64,000 nucleotides of DNA, from positions 310,001 through 374,000 of the forward strand of contig NW_026855612.1 of the NCBI RefSeq assembly GCF_026571515.1, written 5' to 3'. Origin of the DNA: Ruditapes philippinarum (lineage: Eukaryota). The position numbers and the translations under genes were made by a program. The notes under the pieces were generated by a model. That model was not told where the DNA came from, searched no databases, and saw nothing but the letters and a program-made list of their open reading frames with translations. Shown here piece by piece: positions 50,695 through 63,333 of this stretch; the stretch's first letter is position 1, and each line of letters opens with the position of its first letter.

Positions 50695-52096
50695 TTATGT
50701 CCCCCTTCAAAGAAGTGGGGGTATATTGTTTTGCCTTTGTCTGTCGTCCTTCGGTCCGTAGACCAAACGAGTTCCAAGTGATAACTAAAGAACGCTTAAG
50801 CCTAGGAACTTCAAAATAGGTATGATGACTGTTCATGACCAGTCAATGACCCCTGTTGATTTTTGGGTCAATGTGTCAAAGTCAAGGTCACATTGACCTT
50901 GTAGGTAAAAACGATTTCCGATCAAAAATTAAACAACGCTTAGGGCTAGGAACTTCAAACTGAGTTTGATGATTGTTCATGACCAGCAGATATCCCCTAT
51001 TGATTTTGGGGTCAAAGGGTCAAAGGTCAAGGTCACATTTACCTCATAGGTAACAACGGTTTCCGATCAATTACTAAAGAACGCTTAGGCCTAGGTATTT
51101 CAAACTTGGTATGATGATTGTTCATGACCAGCTCATGACACTTATTGATTTTGGGGTCAAGGGGTCAAAGGTCAAGGTCACATTGCTCTTGTAGGTAAAA
51201 ACGGTTTCCGATCAATAACTTGACAACCCATGGGCTGTTAGCCCTCAAAATTGGAAGGTGCATTGGACTTGACCAGTAGATGACCCCTATTGATTTTGGG
51301 GTCAAGCGGTCAAAGATCAAGATTGCATTGACCTTGTAGGTAAAAACGGTTTCCTATCAATAACTTGACAGGCTATAGGCTTTTGGTCTTCAAATTTTGA
51401 AGGTGCATTTGTCTTGGTCAGTAGATGACCCTAATGATTTTTGGGTCAGGGGAACAAAGGTCAAGGTTGCATTGACCTTGTATTTCAAAATTTCCCTTGA
51501 CATTCAAGCTTTACAGATGCATTGCTTTTGGTCAGAAGATGACCTCAATGGATTTTTTGGCGTTAAGGGATCAGAGGTCAAGATCACATTGACCTTATAG
51601 GTAACAACGCTTTCGGATCAATATCCCAACTCATGGGCCTTTTATCTTTAAACGTCACAGGTGCATTGGTCTTGGCTAGTAGATAACCCCTATTGATTTT
51701 AGGGTCAAAAGTCAATGTCATATTGACCTTGTATGTAAAATCTGTTTCTGACCAATAACTCAAGTTGCCTTGGTTGATATTTTTTTATTAAACTAAAAAT
51801 GCTTTTGGTATACATATTTCAAGATCTTATGTAATATAACAACTTGGCTGTCATCAACGAGGCCTACATGATTTATAAAATTTATGCATATATTATTTGG
51901 TAAGATTTGAAATAACTTTGTCGTAAAATTGCTGCACACAACCTTTGCGGCCACAATTACCTAGTGACTAGTCATAACCAGTAATTAACCTTAATTGATT
52001 TTTGGTCACTAGTTCAAAAGTCAGTCATGATAACCTGATCACATGACTAATTGGCTGCCAATAGGGGGCATACATCTTTTACAAACATATCTTGTT
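50695..52096 (+). mobile_element. HINE-type element with ~130-145-bp AAGGTCA-rich satellite
   Basis: 5' hairpin ATGTCCCCCTTC..GAAGTGGGGGTAT, GTCY microsatellite remnant, about 8 units related to 1-620, subterminal AGGGGGCAT, 3' end TCTTGTT. Confidence 0.78.
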
Positions 52097-52214
52097 GTAT
52101 TACATTTTGTTTATGTACCATTTCATTTTAGCAAATTACGATCAATTTTAATTTTTATAAAACTATGGAACCTGATCTTGTTTTGTGAACCCATGGCGAT
52201 AAAAGTGACCATAC

Positions 52215-52268
52215 CTATATCTAGATCATCATCTTTGTCTGCTAGAGGCGCCGCTTTTGTTGGAGTAC
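52215..52268 (-). CDS. LDLa/mucin protein, juxtamembrane exon (54 nt)
   Basis: ttcttcAG|GT TPTKAAPLADKDDDLDI G|GTATGG, phase 1/1. Confidence 0.78.
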
Positions 52269-54155
52269 CTGAAGAAAACAACATATTTTACAACAACATG
52301 TATACTGTTCTTTAATCACACCGTATAACCGGTGTCAGTGGTGACAGATTGCCACAGTGATGGCAGAAATCTAAAGTTTTACCACTTTCGATGCTACAGA
52401 CTTACTGTACATTGACTGGAAATATACTGCTATACTAGCAGGTAATTTTAGAGTTGTTTCCTCCTTTGAGCCGGTTAAAAATGGACAACGTTGGGAAAAT
52501 CCGTAAAAAATGATTGATTTTTTTCAAATATCTCACGTTTGAAATAATTGAAGGGATTTCGTGTTACACATATAAACAATTATCATGAAGGGTCAGGCTT
52601 GTCAAATATCAACTCAATGTGTAATTTTGAAATACTTAAGCACAGCGAATAAAAATAATAAAAAATAAATAGGTCCTGTGAATTTTACTTGTATGACCAA
52701 GACATTATATGTATCCGATTACGGCACAAGGTCTGTACGTTATCAATGATGTTTCTATATTCAAAATGTTACCATTTTTACCAAATTTAATTTGATGCTT
52801 TTGGTGTGGGCGGCAGCTTGCATTTTCTATGATTATGAGTTTCTTAGTCATGCTAACGAAATAACATACGTCTAATTAGAAGTTAAGTTTCTTCTTCGAA
52901 TACATAAATTTGTCATATGAAATTATTTACTCTAAAATAGAAGTTAGGACCGCCTAATTAGAATGACCTTAAAAAGATAGATAAAAAACCTTATTAGAAA
53001 TTAGTTACTTTATCAATAAAGAGTTCAAAAATGGGGTATTAGGAGATAATGAGGATTTTAACTCCTAATTATAAGAAATAAAACTTCTACTATTTAAGAG
53101 GAAAAAACCTATACATGTATTAGGACTTTATATGTTCTAATAAGAAATTAAAAAAAACTTATTAGGATAAATTAAATCCTAAATAAAACGTTCAATGCAT
53201 ACAAAATATTATTAGGAGTTACAAGTTCAAATAAGTGTATTCATTTCTGCTAATTAGGCTTTTATGGTCACTAATTAAGATTTTTTTAATGTTAAATTAG
53301 GACCTACTAAGTCATAATAAAGATTTTATCTCTCAACTTCTAATTAGTCTTAGCAGGACATACAAATTCCTCTTTTTCTTGTGTCTTATAATAAGGAGTT
53401 AAAATCTAGATTAGTTGTAATTGAGAATAACAAATTCCTTATCAAGTATGGGAGTAACAAACAGAAACAGAAAAACAAAACAAAAATTGTTAGAGTTTCG
53501 ACCGTGCGACCTCAGACACGCACCGAGGACATGTTGGAAAAAAGTGCCCGTGCGACCACATACACGCATCACAGGATTCCCCTTCTCATACGAGAAAGGG
53601 ACAAAAAAAAGCTGTCCGCCCCTTTATTAATGGGCAAACCTGCAAACTATACCATTTCCTTATTGTTATAGATAAGGAGGCTAATTTTGACAGGAATGTT
53701 TTGAATCGCTTTATATACAACTATAGTAACGCAAACCGAGCGGGTTATGAGTTTTCGCCCATTTAAGTTTGCTATGAAATGTCTGAAAGAGCAAATATGA
53801 TTTATTACATTTTTTTCTACTTTCCATCTTATGTTAATAATAAAATAACCTTATTTTTGCAAACCACGAACGTTTCATTAACGTTTAAAATGCAATAGAT
53901 GTGGGGGGATATATTTCACACTTTCCAAATATTAACCTGGGGACATTTTTAATCGGTTGTGCAGATAATATTGTTCTCTATATCTCCATATACATGCAAT
54001 ATAAAATCGCACTGAAATGATGGACTTTGATCGATTTTAAATAACATCTACTGTTTGTCTTTATTTTTGTTCGATGCAACTACTGGGGAAACGATTAAAA
54101 AATACCGTATAGTATCTCCAGTAAATGGACAGTAAGTATATACATGAAATATATA

Positions 54156-54392
54156 TGAGCCGTGTCACGACAAAACCAACATAATGGGTTTGCGACCAGC
54201 ATGGATCCAGACCAGCCTGCGCATCCGCGCAGTCTGATCAGGATCCATGCTGTTCGCTTACAGACCCTATAACAAGTAAAGAAACTAATAGCGAACAGCA
54301 TGGATCCTGATCAGACTGCGCGGATGCGCAGGCTGGTCTGGATCCATGCTGGTCGCAAACCCATTATGTTGGTTTTGTCATGACACGGCTCA
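54156..54392. mobile_element. 237-bp palindromic MITE, copy 4
   Basis: Perfect arms, flanked by TATA on both sides. Confidence 0.9.
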
Positions 54393-54727
54393 TATATGAA
54401 ATAGGCCCTCTTCGAGTAATAGAAATAATGTTTACAAACTACAAGTAATCAGAAATAAAGACTTCTGTCATCACCATCACTGGCACCGGTAGACGGCGTG
54501 TTAATATACAAATACAGGCCAGTAACGAAAGAGACAAAATAAAAAATACCTTACAACTACAACGACTACAGAATGAAGCAAAAAAAAAAATTCTTAAGGA
54601 CTTAATGAAGAAACCTTTAGACAAATGTCCAGCCAGTTTTTATGGTTTAATGCCATGGCAAATACAGTATAGTATTGTTCTTGCATAGAGAGGCATGTTT
54701 TTACAAACGTTAATAGGAGTACTGTAC

Positions 54728-54853
54728 CACAATATTTTGGAAGTTCGTCAGATAAATCAGGGCATTCGAATTTGCCGTTACATCTTTCCTTTGACTTTAT
54801 ACATGTTCGTCTTTCATCACATAGGAACATGTTTTCTCCACATACATAACTTG
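54728..54853 (-). CDS. LDL-receptor class A repeat exon (LDLa 5)
   Basis: SYVCGENMFLCDERRTCIKSKERCNGKFECPDLSDELPKYC, six Cys, phase 1/1. Confidence 0.88.
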
Positions 54854-55781
54854 CTGAGAAAGAAATACAAAAGTCAAGTTGTATTATACAGTGGCGATTT
54901 ATACTCGGCGATTGATTAGGTAAACAAGTATGTCATAGTCAAATGATGACACTTTCAAAATATCGATATGATAGTTTAGTTATATTTGCTGGTATCGGTG
55001 TAACTGATGCAATCTGACTTTAAGAATGGCTTGAAAGAGAAATTCTAAAATACACCAATACAAAAACCAAAAACACAAACAAAACAAAGCAACATATGAG
55101 TGCAGTAACTATTCTTAAATGTTCTGCTTTTGAACCTTCATGTAAAACTAGGCAGACAATTAGTCGGTATTGTCAAGATAAGTTTCTTTCTTCTTCTAGT
55201 GTGGGCCAGTGGTATTCTAATCGGGCTGCTAATGTAGTAAAAATGTAAGAACTCTCTTTTCCTCATTTTTTTCTTACTTTAATATAATCATTGTCGAAGC
55301 GTTTCGGGGGATAATATTTTAAAATAACATCTAAACGTTATGTACTAAATGTGCTTCTCAGTGGATCAATTGCTCTTTTGTTTACCCACTTAAAAGTCGT
55401 TTGTGTAATTTCTATGAAAAGCTTGTCAACGACTTTCTGCTGTTTTTCATAAAAGAATTGGAACACGCACTCATTTAGTCTCATAATCTTAAACAAGAAA
55501 TGTACTGGCTCCCTTTCTGAGTTTAATCTCAAATCTCAGGGTTTCCATTGGCCAAAAAACATTCTGCGCTGGTTTCTGACCAATCAATAATCAAAAACCA
55601 GAGATCTGACATTGGGTTTAGAAAATATCCTACGACCTTGGACCCTGAAGTTTTGGGTTGAGAGCCTTTACGTAGCTAACGTAGATAACCCATCAAAGGG
55701 TTAACGCCCCGAAACATAACAAAATTGTCTCCCTTATATTTAAAATATAATTCTTGTTATTGAAATGTGTATAATACTTAC

Positions 55782-55895
55782 AGCATCCAGATTCATCGGA
55801 GTTGTCCGTGCAATCATTAAGACTGTCACACCGCCATGAAATTGGAATACATGATCCATTGCCACACTGGAATTGTGATTCTATGTTGCATCTGG
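55782..55895 (-). CDS. LDLa 4 exon
   Basis: [37 protein letters not shown], phase 1/1. Confidence 0.9.
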
Positions 55896-56063
55896 CTATT
55901 GGTGACAAACCAAAAGACGTCATGTATATGATATATTATAGGAAACTTCTGACAAAATCGGAGTACACTTAAAAATAATATCTTCATAGGAAACATAGGA
56001 AATAAGTTAAAGCTTACACATATAATAGCATTATAGAAAAAGATGGAAAATATGCAGTCTTAC

Positions 56064-56819
56064 GTTTTGGTGCTGTTGTCACTTTTGTTGTTGTGGTGGT
56101 AGGTGTACTTGTCGTGGTGGGCGTGGTCACAGTCGTTGTTGTGGTAGGCGTGGTAATAGTTGTAGTGGTAGGCATGACTACAGTTGTTTTTGTGGTAGGC
56201 GTAGATTTTGTTGTAGGCGTGGTTACAGTTTCTGCTGAAGTAGGCATTGTCACAATTGTTGTTGTGGGCGTAGTAACAGTTGTTGTTGTTGTTGTGGTGG
56301 TAGGCTTGGTTGCAGTTATTGTTGTTGTGGTGGTAGGTGTGGTTGCAGTTGTTGTGGTTGTAGGCTTGCTCGCAGTTGTTGTTGTGGGCGTGGTTGCAGG
56401 TGTAGATGAAGAAGTTGTTGTGGAAGGAGATGTAGTAGTTGTAGAGGTTGAGGTAGATTTAGATGTTGTTGGTGTTGTAGAAGGCGTCGCAGAAACGACT
56501 GTTGACGAAACAGGCGTGATTGAAGTTGTTGATGTGGGCGTGGTGGAAGTTGTTGTTGTAGAAGGCGTGGTCGAAGTAGGTAATGTAGAAGTTGTTGTTG
56601 AAGTGGTAGAAGACGTGGTTGTGTAAGTGGGTAAAGTAGGCTTTGTTGTTGTGGTTGAAGATGTGGTGGTAGAGCTTGTAGGCGTGGTTGTGGGCGTGGT
56701 TGATGATATTGAGGTAGTGCTGGTTGTTGCAGCTGTAGTTGATGTAGTAGTCGTGGTTGGCTCAGGAAAGAAATCACTCTCCTCGCAAGTAATAGTAATC
56801 AATGGCGGCGGAAGTTCAT
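56064..56819 (-). CDS. Thr/Ser/Pro-rich mucin exon (252 codons)
   Basis: attattAG|AT GAA ... AAA C|GTAAGA; open frame dominated by Thr, phase 1/1. Confidence 0.88.
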
Positions 56820-57094
56820 CTAATAATAAAAAAGAAGATTTATATAACGTACTAAAGTGCAATCGTAGGAAAAATATAGTAAAACATTTTATACACATTT
56901 AACATTATAATTACTTATGATGTGAAGAAACATTTTATATCATCTTTTATTTTTGTATCATCTTATACATCTTTTTTCTTTTGCCATTATTATCTATGAA
57001 AGGCGTAATGATTAGCATAGCCATAAGAGCGTCTACACTATTTATGTCTTTCTATGCTCTCGTTTATGCATAAATCAAAAAGCGTTTCACTTAC

Positions 57095-57136
57095 TAGATA
57101 CCCCATCAGAGTTGCTACCAGGTCTATAATCTGGGT
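57095..57136 (-). CDS. 42-nt linker exon
   Basis: ttttccAG|AC PDYRPGSNSDGVS A|GTAAGT, phase 1/1. Confidence 0.75.
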
Positions 57137-57380
57137 CTGGAAAATTAAAATCAGAAAATAGTCATGTGCATACTTTAACAGTTTATTGTTTAAAACAAAA
57201 TGGTAATACATTATGATTAAAAATAGAGACTGTAACTGTTATCTATTAAAAAGTTGCGTTGGCTACAAACACTCGCAAATTTGGCCCATCAAGTGAATCG
57301 TCAGAAAGGGATTATGAATAATCACCGAGTTGTTCCGAATTTACAACAAACATACTCGTAGTATTACAAGTAAAACATAC

Positions 57381-57506
57381 CGCAGTATTTTGCTAATTCG
57401 TCAGATTGGTCGGGACACTGATAAACCCCGTCACATCGGTCAGACGGGTTGATGCAGAATGCGTTATCGTCACATGCTATCTGTCCTTCGGAGCAGGTGA
57501 TGCTGC
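57381..57506 (-). CDS. LDLa 3 exon (not in the ORF track)
   Basis: SITCSEGQIACDDNAFCINPSDRCDGVYQCPDQSDELAKYC, cttttAG ... G|GTATGT. Confidence 0.9.
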
Positions 57507-57861
57507 CTAAAAGTATTACACCGTTTCAAAATGTATAAACAATTTCTGACGCGTGTTTATTCTTGTACAGTTCACAATTATGTAAATCGTGTTCAATTAA
57601 TATAGAGTACAGATATACAAGACCTATATCAGACTCGACTAGCACTTCGTCCAATAAAGTGTTGACAGTTCTGTACTCGTCCAATAGAATTCAGTATTGT
57701 ACTCAACAATGTATGTACTGTCATCATAATATAAAATGAAAATACTGACAATGACAAACTTTCATGATTAAATACAGGTTCTCCTGTATAATACATAGAA
57801 TATTGGTATCATTATATTGACCATAAAAGAAGAAACTAAAAATATGAAAAAATATGAAAAT

Positions 57862-58063
57862 TAGCGTGTTTTCGCTCCGCGACTCCGCCGTTTAATTTCT
57901 TAAATCTCGGCCCGCGCCCGCGCGGTTCGAAGTTTTATTTATTAAACTTCGCCCCGCGCTCTCGCTAGTTAGGCGACCCCGCCGTTTTAACTTGTTAATT
58001 CTCGACTTTTCGCTTGGCGGGGTCGCGGGGCGAAAACACGAATGGCACAAATCAGCCACCATA
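57862..58063. mobile_element. One-ended GC-rich MITE fragment sharing its terminus with 38902-39236
   Basis: Ends CAAATCAGCCACCATA; internal inverted CGTGTTTTCGCTCCGCGAC / GTCGCGGGGCGAAAACACG. Confidence 0.6.
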
Positions 58064-58196
58064 TTAAATAGATGTCACGTCACATACGAATGGCATATGT
58101 AATGCAACGTTAAGTATACTGATATCTATGGTATATACAAATATATATCTGGATAAAAATAATATTTTAAACGAAAAAAAAGGGTATACAGTTTAC

Positions 58197-58307
58197 CACA
58201 TGAGATTTCGTCGGACTCGTCATCACAGTCCGGGAAAAAGTCACATTTGTTAAAGGCGGGAATACACGTGCCGTCACCACATTGGTGCTCATTATTGCCA
58301 CAATAAT
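58197..58307 (-). CDS. LDLa 2 exon
   Basis: YCGNNEHQCGDGTCIPAFNKCDFFPDCDDESDEISC, phase 1/1. Confidence 0.9.
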
Positions 58308-59178
58308 CTATAAACGAGAAAAATAAAGAATGATAAAAAAACGTCAGAAAACTGATAATGATTCTCCTATATAAAGATATTTCAATTAAAGTAAAATATC
58401 TAGTAAAATACTTTGATACCTTCTGATCTTTAATTATTACGGGACCAAAAGGGTGCAGGGGACATGTTCGAATGACGACCCCGGTCAAATTTATTAATAA
58501 CACAGACATGATGTTTTGAAGGTACTGGAAACTTTTGATATTTATTTCTGTCACTGTAATTCTTTCTTGCTTGTGTGTAGGAAAAAAGCAGTATTTTTGA
58601 TATTTTTACTCGAAACTAAACATTTTGGTAGCTTTGTATTTATTTGTGACTCTCCGAAAGGAGGTGAAAAAGTTAAAAATCAAGTTTTGACAGCTAGTGC
58701 CAAACAAATAAGAACCTAAATTTTGTGAAGAATCTAAACGCATGAGAGAAAGTTCATTGGACATTTTTGATAATGCCGTTGATTGCACTATGTGTAAGTG
58801 ATATTTTTGAAGAAATCGACGAATTCTGGAGTATCCTGCACCTTCATGAAGATTGTCCATATTAGATTATTTCAGAAGTGATTTTTGTTGGGTGGGGGTC
58901 GATATAAATTGCTGTCAGTCATTATTTTTAGGAGTAATGCACGCAAACTATTATTTTCTTCAATGTAAGTAATATATCCTTGAATGATGCTGTGCAACTG
59001 TAACAGATTTTGAAGTATTTGGTATTTTGTTTCTGGCCACACTGAACTACAAAATTGCTCATTTTATGTCCCCTGCCCCCTTATCTTTGAGCCGTCATAT
59101 TGGTGTTTTGTGAGAAATGACGTTGAAGTGGAAATTACCCTCTCATGCCACAGGATATACTAAAATTGATAATACAAT

Positions 59179-61458
59179 CACGCCCGGCAAACTGTCGCTC
59201 CACTTCAAAATTGTGGTGTACGATAAAACGAGCGAACGGCATTTCCGAGATAGAGCGGAAGGCCGATTTAAACGCCTAATTGTAAGTATTGTTTATGTTT
59301 TTGTCTTGTTATTTATTTAAGTTGTATTTTTTCGAAAAACGGAAAATGTGGTTCCGTGTAGGATTGATTTAGGCTTCCAATGATCTAAGCTGTTACAAAA
59401 AGAAAATTATATTAAGCCCGGGAGAACTTTTCTCCCTGACGAAGCGAACGATGATTTGTAGAATATTGAACTTCCCAACCATAGAAATGCCATACCTTTC
59501 GGATTTCTTGAAAAAGTGTATTAGTAAATTATCAACCCGTAATAAGAACTTGTCCTTCGTGCAAAATAAATTACTCCTGAAGGATTTCTTAAATTTGTAA
59601 ATCGATATTTTTCGAAAGTAGTGGAGCGAAAGGGCAAGAGATGGAGCAAAAGGTTCGATGTTGAGCGCAAGGCGATATTAATTTGACAAAATCGAATATT
59701 TTTAGTTCTACCGCGAACAAATGTTTCCGAGCAGGTACGTGTAAATCGACTGTTCACGCCAAAATGTTATGTTTTTCGAAAAGTTAGATATTCAAGGTGC
59801 ATTTAACACAAATAAGCCACGTTTTCATGAATTAGTAAGGTGGGGAATCGCTATGAAAATGGTTGACAAGGTGTCAGTCTTTATAAGGATATAACACATG
59901 TTCCAGTTATGTTTCAAGATACTTCCTCCCTTATTTAGCATTGTTGTTTAGTTTATTATTTTCGTCTGTAAGTGTAAATAGAAATTTCTACTATAACTAG
60001 GTCTATTATATTATTGATAATTTTAGTCCGTACACCGACTGAGTTCTGCCTCACTTTGAGAGGAAAATAATAAACTAAACAACAATGCTAAATAAGGGAG
60101 GAAGTATCTTGAAACATAACTGGAACACGTGTTATATCCTTATAACGACTGACACCTTGTCAACCATTTTCATAGCGATTCCCCACCTTTCAAATTCATG
60201 AAAACGTGACTTATTTGTGTTTTGCTCAGAACAGGTACGTTAGAGCTATTAATTACAGAAAGTCATTGTGAACTGAACTTGGTAGTAGTGATCCATTTAA
60301 TTTAATGCGTTCCATGCATTGCATAATTTTGTTTCTGTTCTGCACCTTGAATTTCTAACTTTTCGAAAAACATAACATTTTGGCGTAAACAATCGAGTTA
60401 CACGTACCTGCTCGGAAACATTTGTTCGCGGTAGAACTAAAAATATTCGACTTTGTCGCATTTAGTTTAAACATATTTTATTTCAAACATTTTCACACAA
60501 ACATATATTACAGACAATCAATAGTTACATAATATACAATGCTGAAAAAGGATTAGATCCGAAAGCATACAATGCTTATAGAGGTATTTTCCTAACATAT
60601 AATTCATTACTGTAAATTTGTTTGTCCCATTTGCACGAACACACGTTTTTAAATGTACATAACCATGTCAAAAATCATGATTGACCTCGAATTTATAAGT
60701 GGCATCCTGTGTGTATGATTCAATGGTCGGGCCTCATCCAAATTTCGAACATAAATAATGGAATCTTCACGGCAGCCATAGGTGACACCTTCGCGATTAC
60801 AGTTATTACGCTATAGTCGTTGAAAGGATATCACAATTTATTAGTTCTCTTTAAAAGGTATATATATCTCGGTCTTAACACTTGATCATGTCTATTTTAA
60901 CTTCTATAGCTTTTATTTATAAAAATCATTGACTACGCTCCTCCTAATACGTCAAATTAATATCGCCTTGCGCTCAACATCGAACCTTTTGCTCCATCTC
61001 TCGCCCTTTCGCTCCACTACTTTCGAAAAATATCGATTTACAAATTTAAGAAATCCTTCAGGAGTAATTTATTTTGCACGAAGGACAAGTTCTTATTACG
61101 GGTTGATAATTTACTAATACACTTTTTCAAGAAATCCGAAAGGTATGGCATTTCTATGGTTGGGAAGTTCAATATTCTACAAATCATCGTTCGCTTCGTC
61201 AGGGAGAAAAGTTCTCCCGGGCTTAATATAATTTTCTTTTTGTAACAGCTTAGATCATTGGAAGCCTAAATCAATCCTACACGGAACTACATTTTCCGTT
61301 TTTCGAAAAAATACAACTTAAATAAATAACAAGACAAAACATAAACAATACTTACAATTAGGCGTTTAAATCGGCCTTCCGCTCTATCTCGGAAATGCCG
61401 TTCGCTCGTTTTACCGTACACCACAATTTTGAAGTGGAGCGACAGTTTGCCAGGCGTG
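59179..61458. mobile_element. 2.3-kb foldback DNA transposon with CAC..GTG ends and 5-bp TSD (Transib-like signature)
   Basis: The left arm 59179-59963 is inverted in 60063-61458, where it is interrupted by two inserts. TSD ACAAT at 59174-59178 and 61459-61463. Confidence 0.85.
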
Positions 61459-62502
61459 ACAATGTACACATTAAATTGTCAAAATAAGGTGAGAACACCT
61501 TCAGATTTGTTACGATATAACCCGAAATAAGTATCGTATCTGGCGTCTTTCTATCATGATATTTTAGCGTAATTTTACCTACGCCAAAATGTATGGTAGG
61601 CACTTTAACTTTAAATAGACATCAGAAATTTTGTTGCATCACATTACAAAATACCAATTTTATATGGTCTAAGAAAACTATTCATCTGCCAAGCCCGACT
61701 TTGACTTAAAAGTTTAATTTCCTGAAAAAAAATGTACGAAGTAAGTTCCAATCTGAAAAGTAAGAACAATGAATTTTATATATCTTTGTAATTATCTGTA
61801 TAAAGTGACTACGACCGTCCATGCAAACATTTTCTTTTTAATTCCTAAAATACGTATACAACAATTGGACAGATACAGGCATGCAAGACAAATAATCTTT
61901 TGGGTTTTGTTTCATTTTCAAGCGTATATATTAACACTCCAGGTGTGTTTAAACCCTATTCTGTTTATACCAGGTAAAAACTTTTATAATACTGCAAGTG
62001 TTGTAACGTCGTTTTTCATTGGACAATCGTGACATTTACATGTATATAGTTTTACATACACGGCTGCGAAAATTCCTCATTTTCCTCTAAAAAAAGGTAG
62101 TTTGCTGTATTATAAATTCGTCATAAATATTCCTGAAATGCTATATGACCTTATATAAACTGTTGTTTTTGCCTTGCGACTCGAAATAAATATCAAAAGA
62201 ACCGTTTTATAGGGTCATATAACCTGTCAAAAATCTTTATAACTAAATGTTATACTATAAAAACATAACAAACAATGAATATGCATATATACAACATTCT
62301 TGATAATTTGCATGCTTTCAAATATACAATGCTATACAATCTACAATTCTTTGGTTCTTAAAACCCCCAAAACAATAACAGTAACAAGACTTTGTTGTCC
62401 CCAGTTTACACAATAATACTCAAACCAAACACCTCTATTTTATATAACAATAACATTTGTTTAGTTGCGTTCCCTTGCCGTACACCAATATTGTCCACTT
62501 AC

Positions 62503-62625
62503 TACGACTATTGTTACAACCCTTCTCGTCAGATTGATCGGCACAATCTAAATCGCCGTCACAGCGCCATGCTTTCGGCACACACGCTCCGTTTGTACAT
62601 TGGAAAAACTGACCTCCACAATAGT
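62503..62625 (-). CDS. LDLa 1 exon
   Basis: [40 protein letters not shown], phase 1/1. Confidence 0.92.
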
Positions 62626-62777
62626 CTAGATATAAACACACTTATGTTTAAATGTCTTTTATACGGTTCAAAATTTTCCAAAAGTTTTTTGGCGCTATGA
62701 GCGCATTTTCTCGCTCTCAACAACATTGCTGTTTGCTATTTACGACAATTTACGATTCATAATACTTATAGCAGGAA

Positions 62778-62830
62778 ACACGGTCGTAACCCAATTTGGG
62801 CTCACACGGTCGTAACCCAATTTGGGCTCA
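62778..62830. repeat. 27-bp tandem duplication
   Basis: ACACGGTCGTAACCCAATTTGGGCTC occurs twice. Confidence 0.9.
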
Positions 62831-63333
62831 AACTTTTTCATACTAGGATTTTGGTCGAGCTACAGCCACTTTAATCTTTCCTAAGTGAACGTTGACAATT
62901 TGAAGGAATATGAAAAAGTTGTTTTTCTCTCTATGTTTGACAGTTTCTTTTCTCTTAAAGTCGGTGTAAACAGCTCATTAGAACTTATGTTGTCTTATTA
63001 CATGAATAGACCTTTATAAATGAATTTGACTTGACTTGATTTGAAAATCTTCTCGTCAACGCCTGATGTTAAAATTAAATCCACTCGTCTAACTGGCCAT
63101 CTACAAATTTAAGTTTCTGTACATATGTAGAGAACTAGAATTACTTGCACTACAAATCTTAGTCATGCAAACAACGAATTTCTAAATCTACCAATACATA
63201 CCATACATTGTAAAGAAGTTAATTATTAGTAATACACTTGCTATCGGAAAAAGTACGTTTAACTGTTCATGTATTTTACAATAATCCTAGAAGTAACATC
63301 ATTCATTCAAAATTGAATCCGGAGTATACTTAC

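Noticed and set aside
56093-56902. Poly-Val ORFs on + and a Gln/Pro/Leu ORF on -
   Set aside because: Antisense and alternate-frame shadows of the Thr-rich mucin exon.
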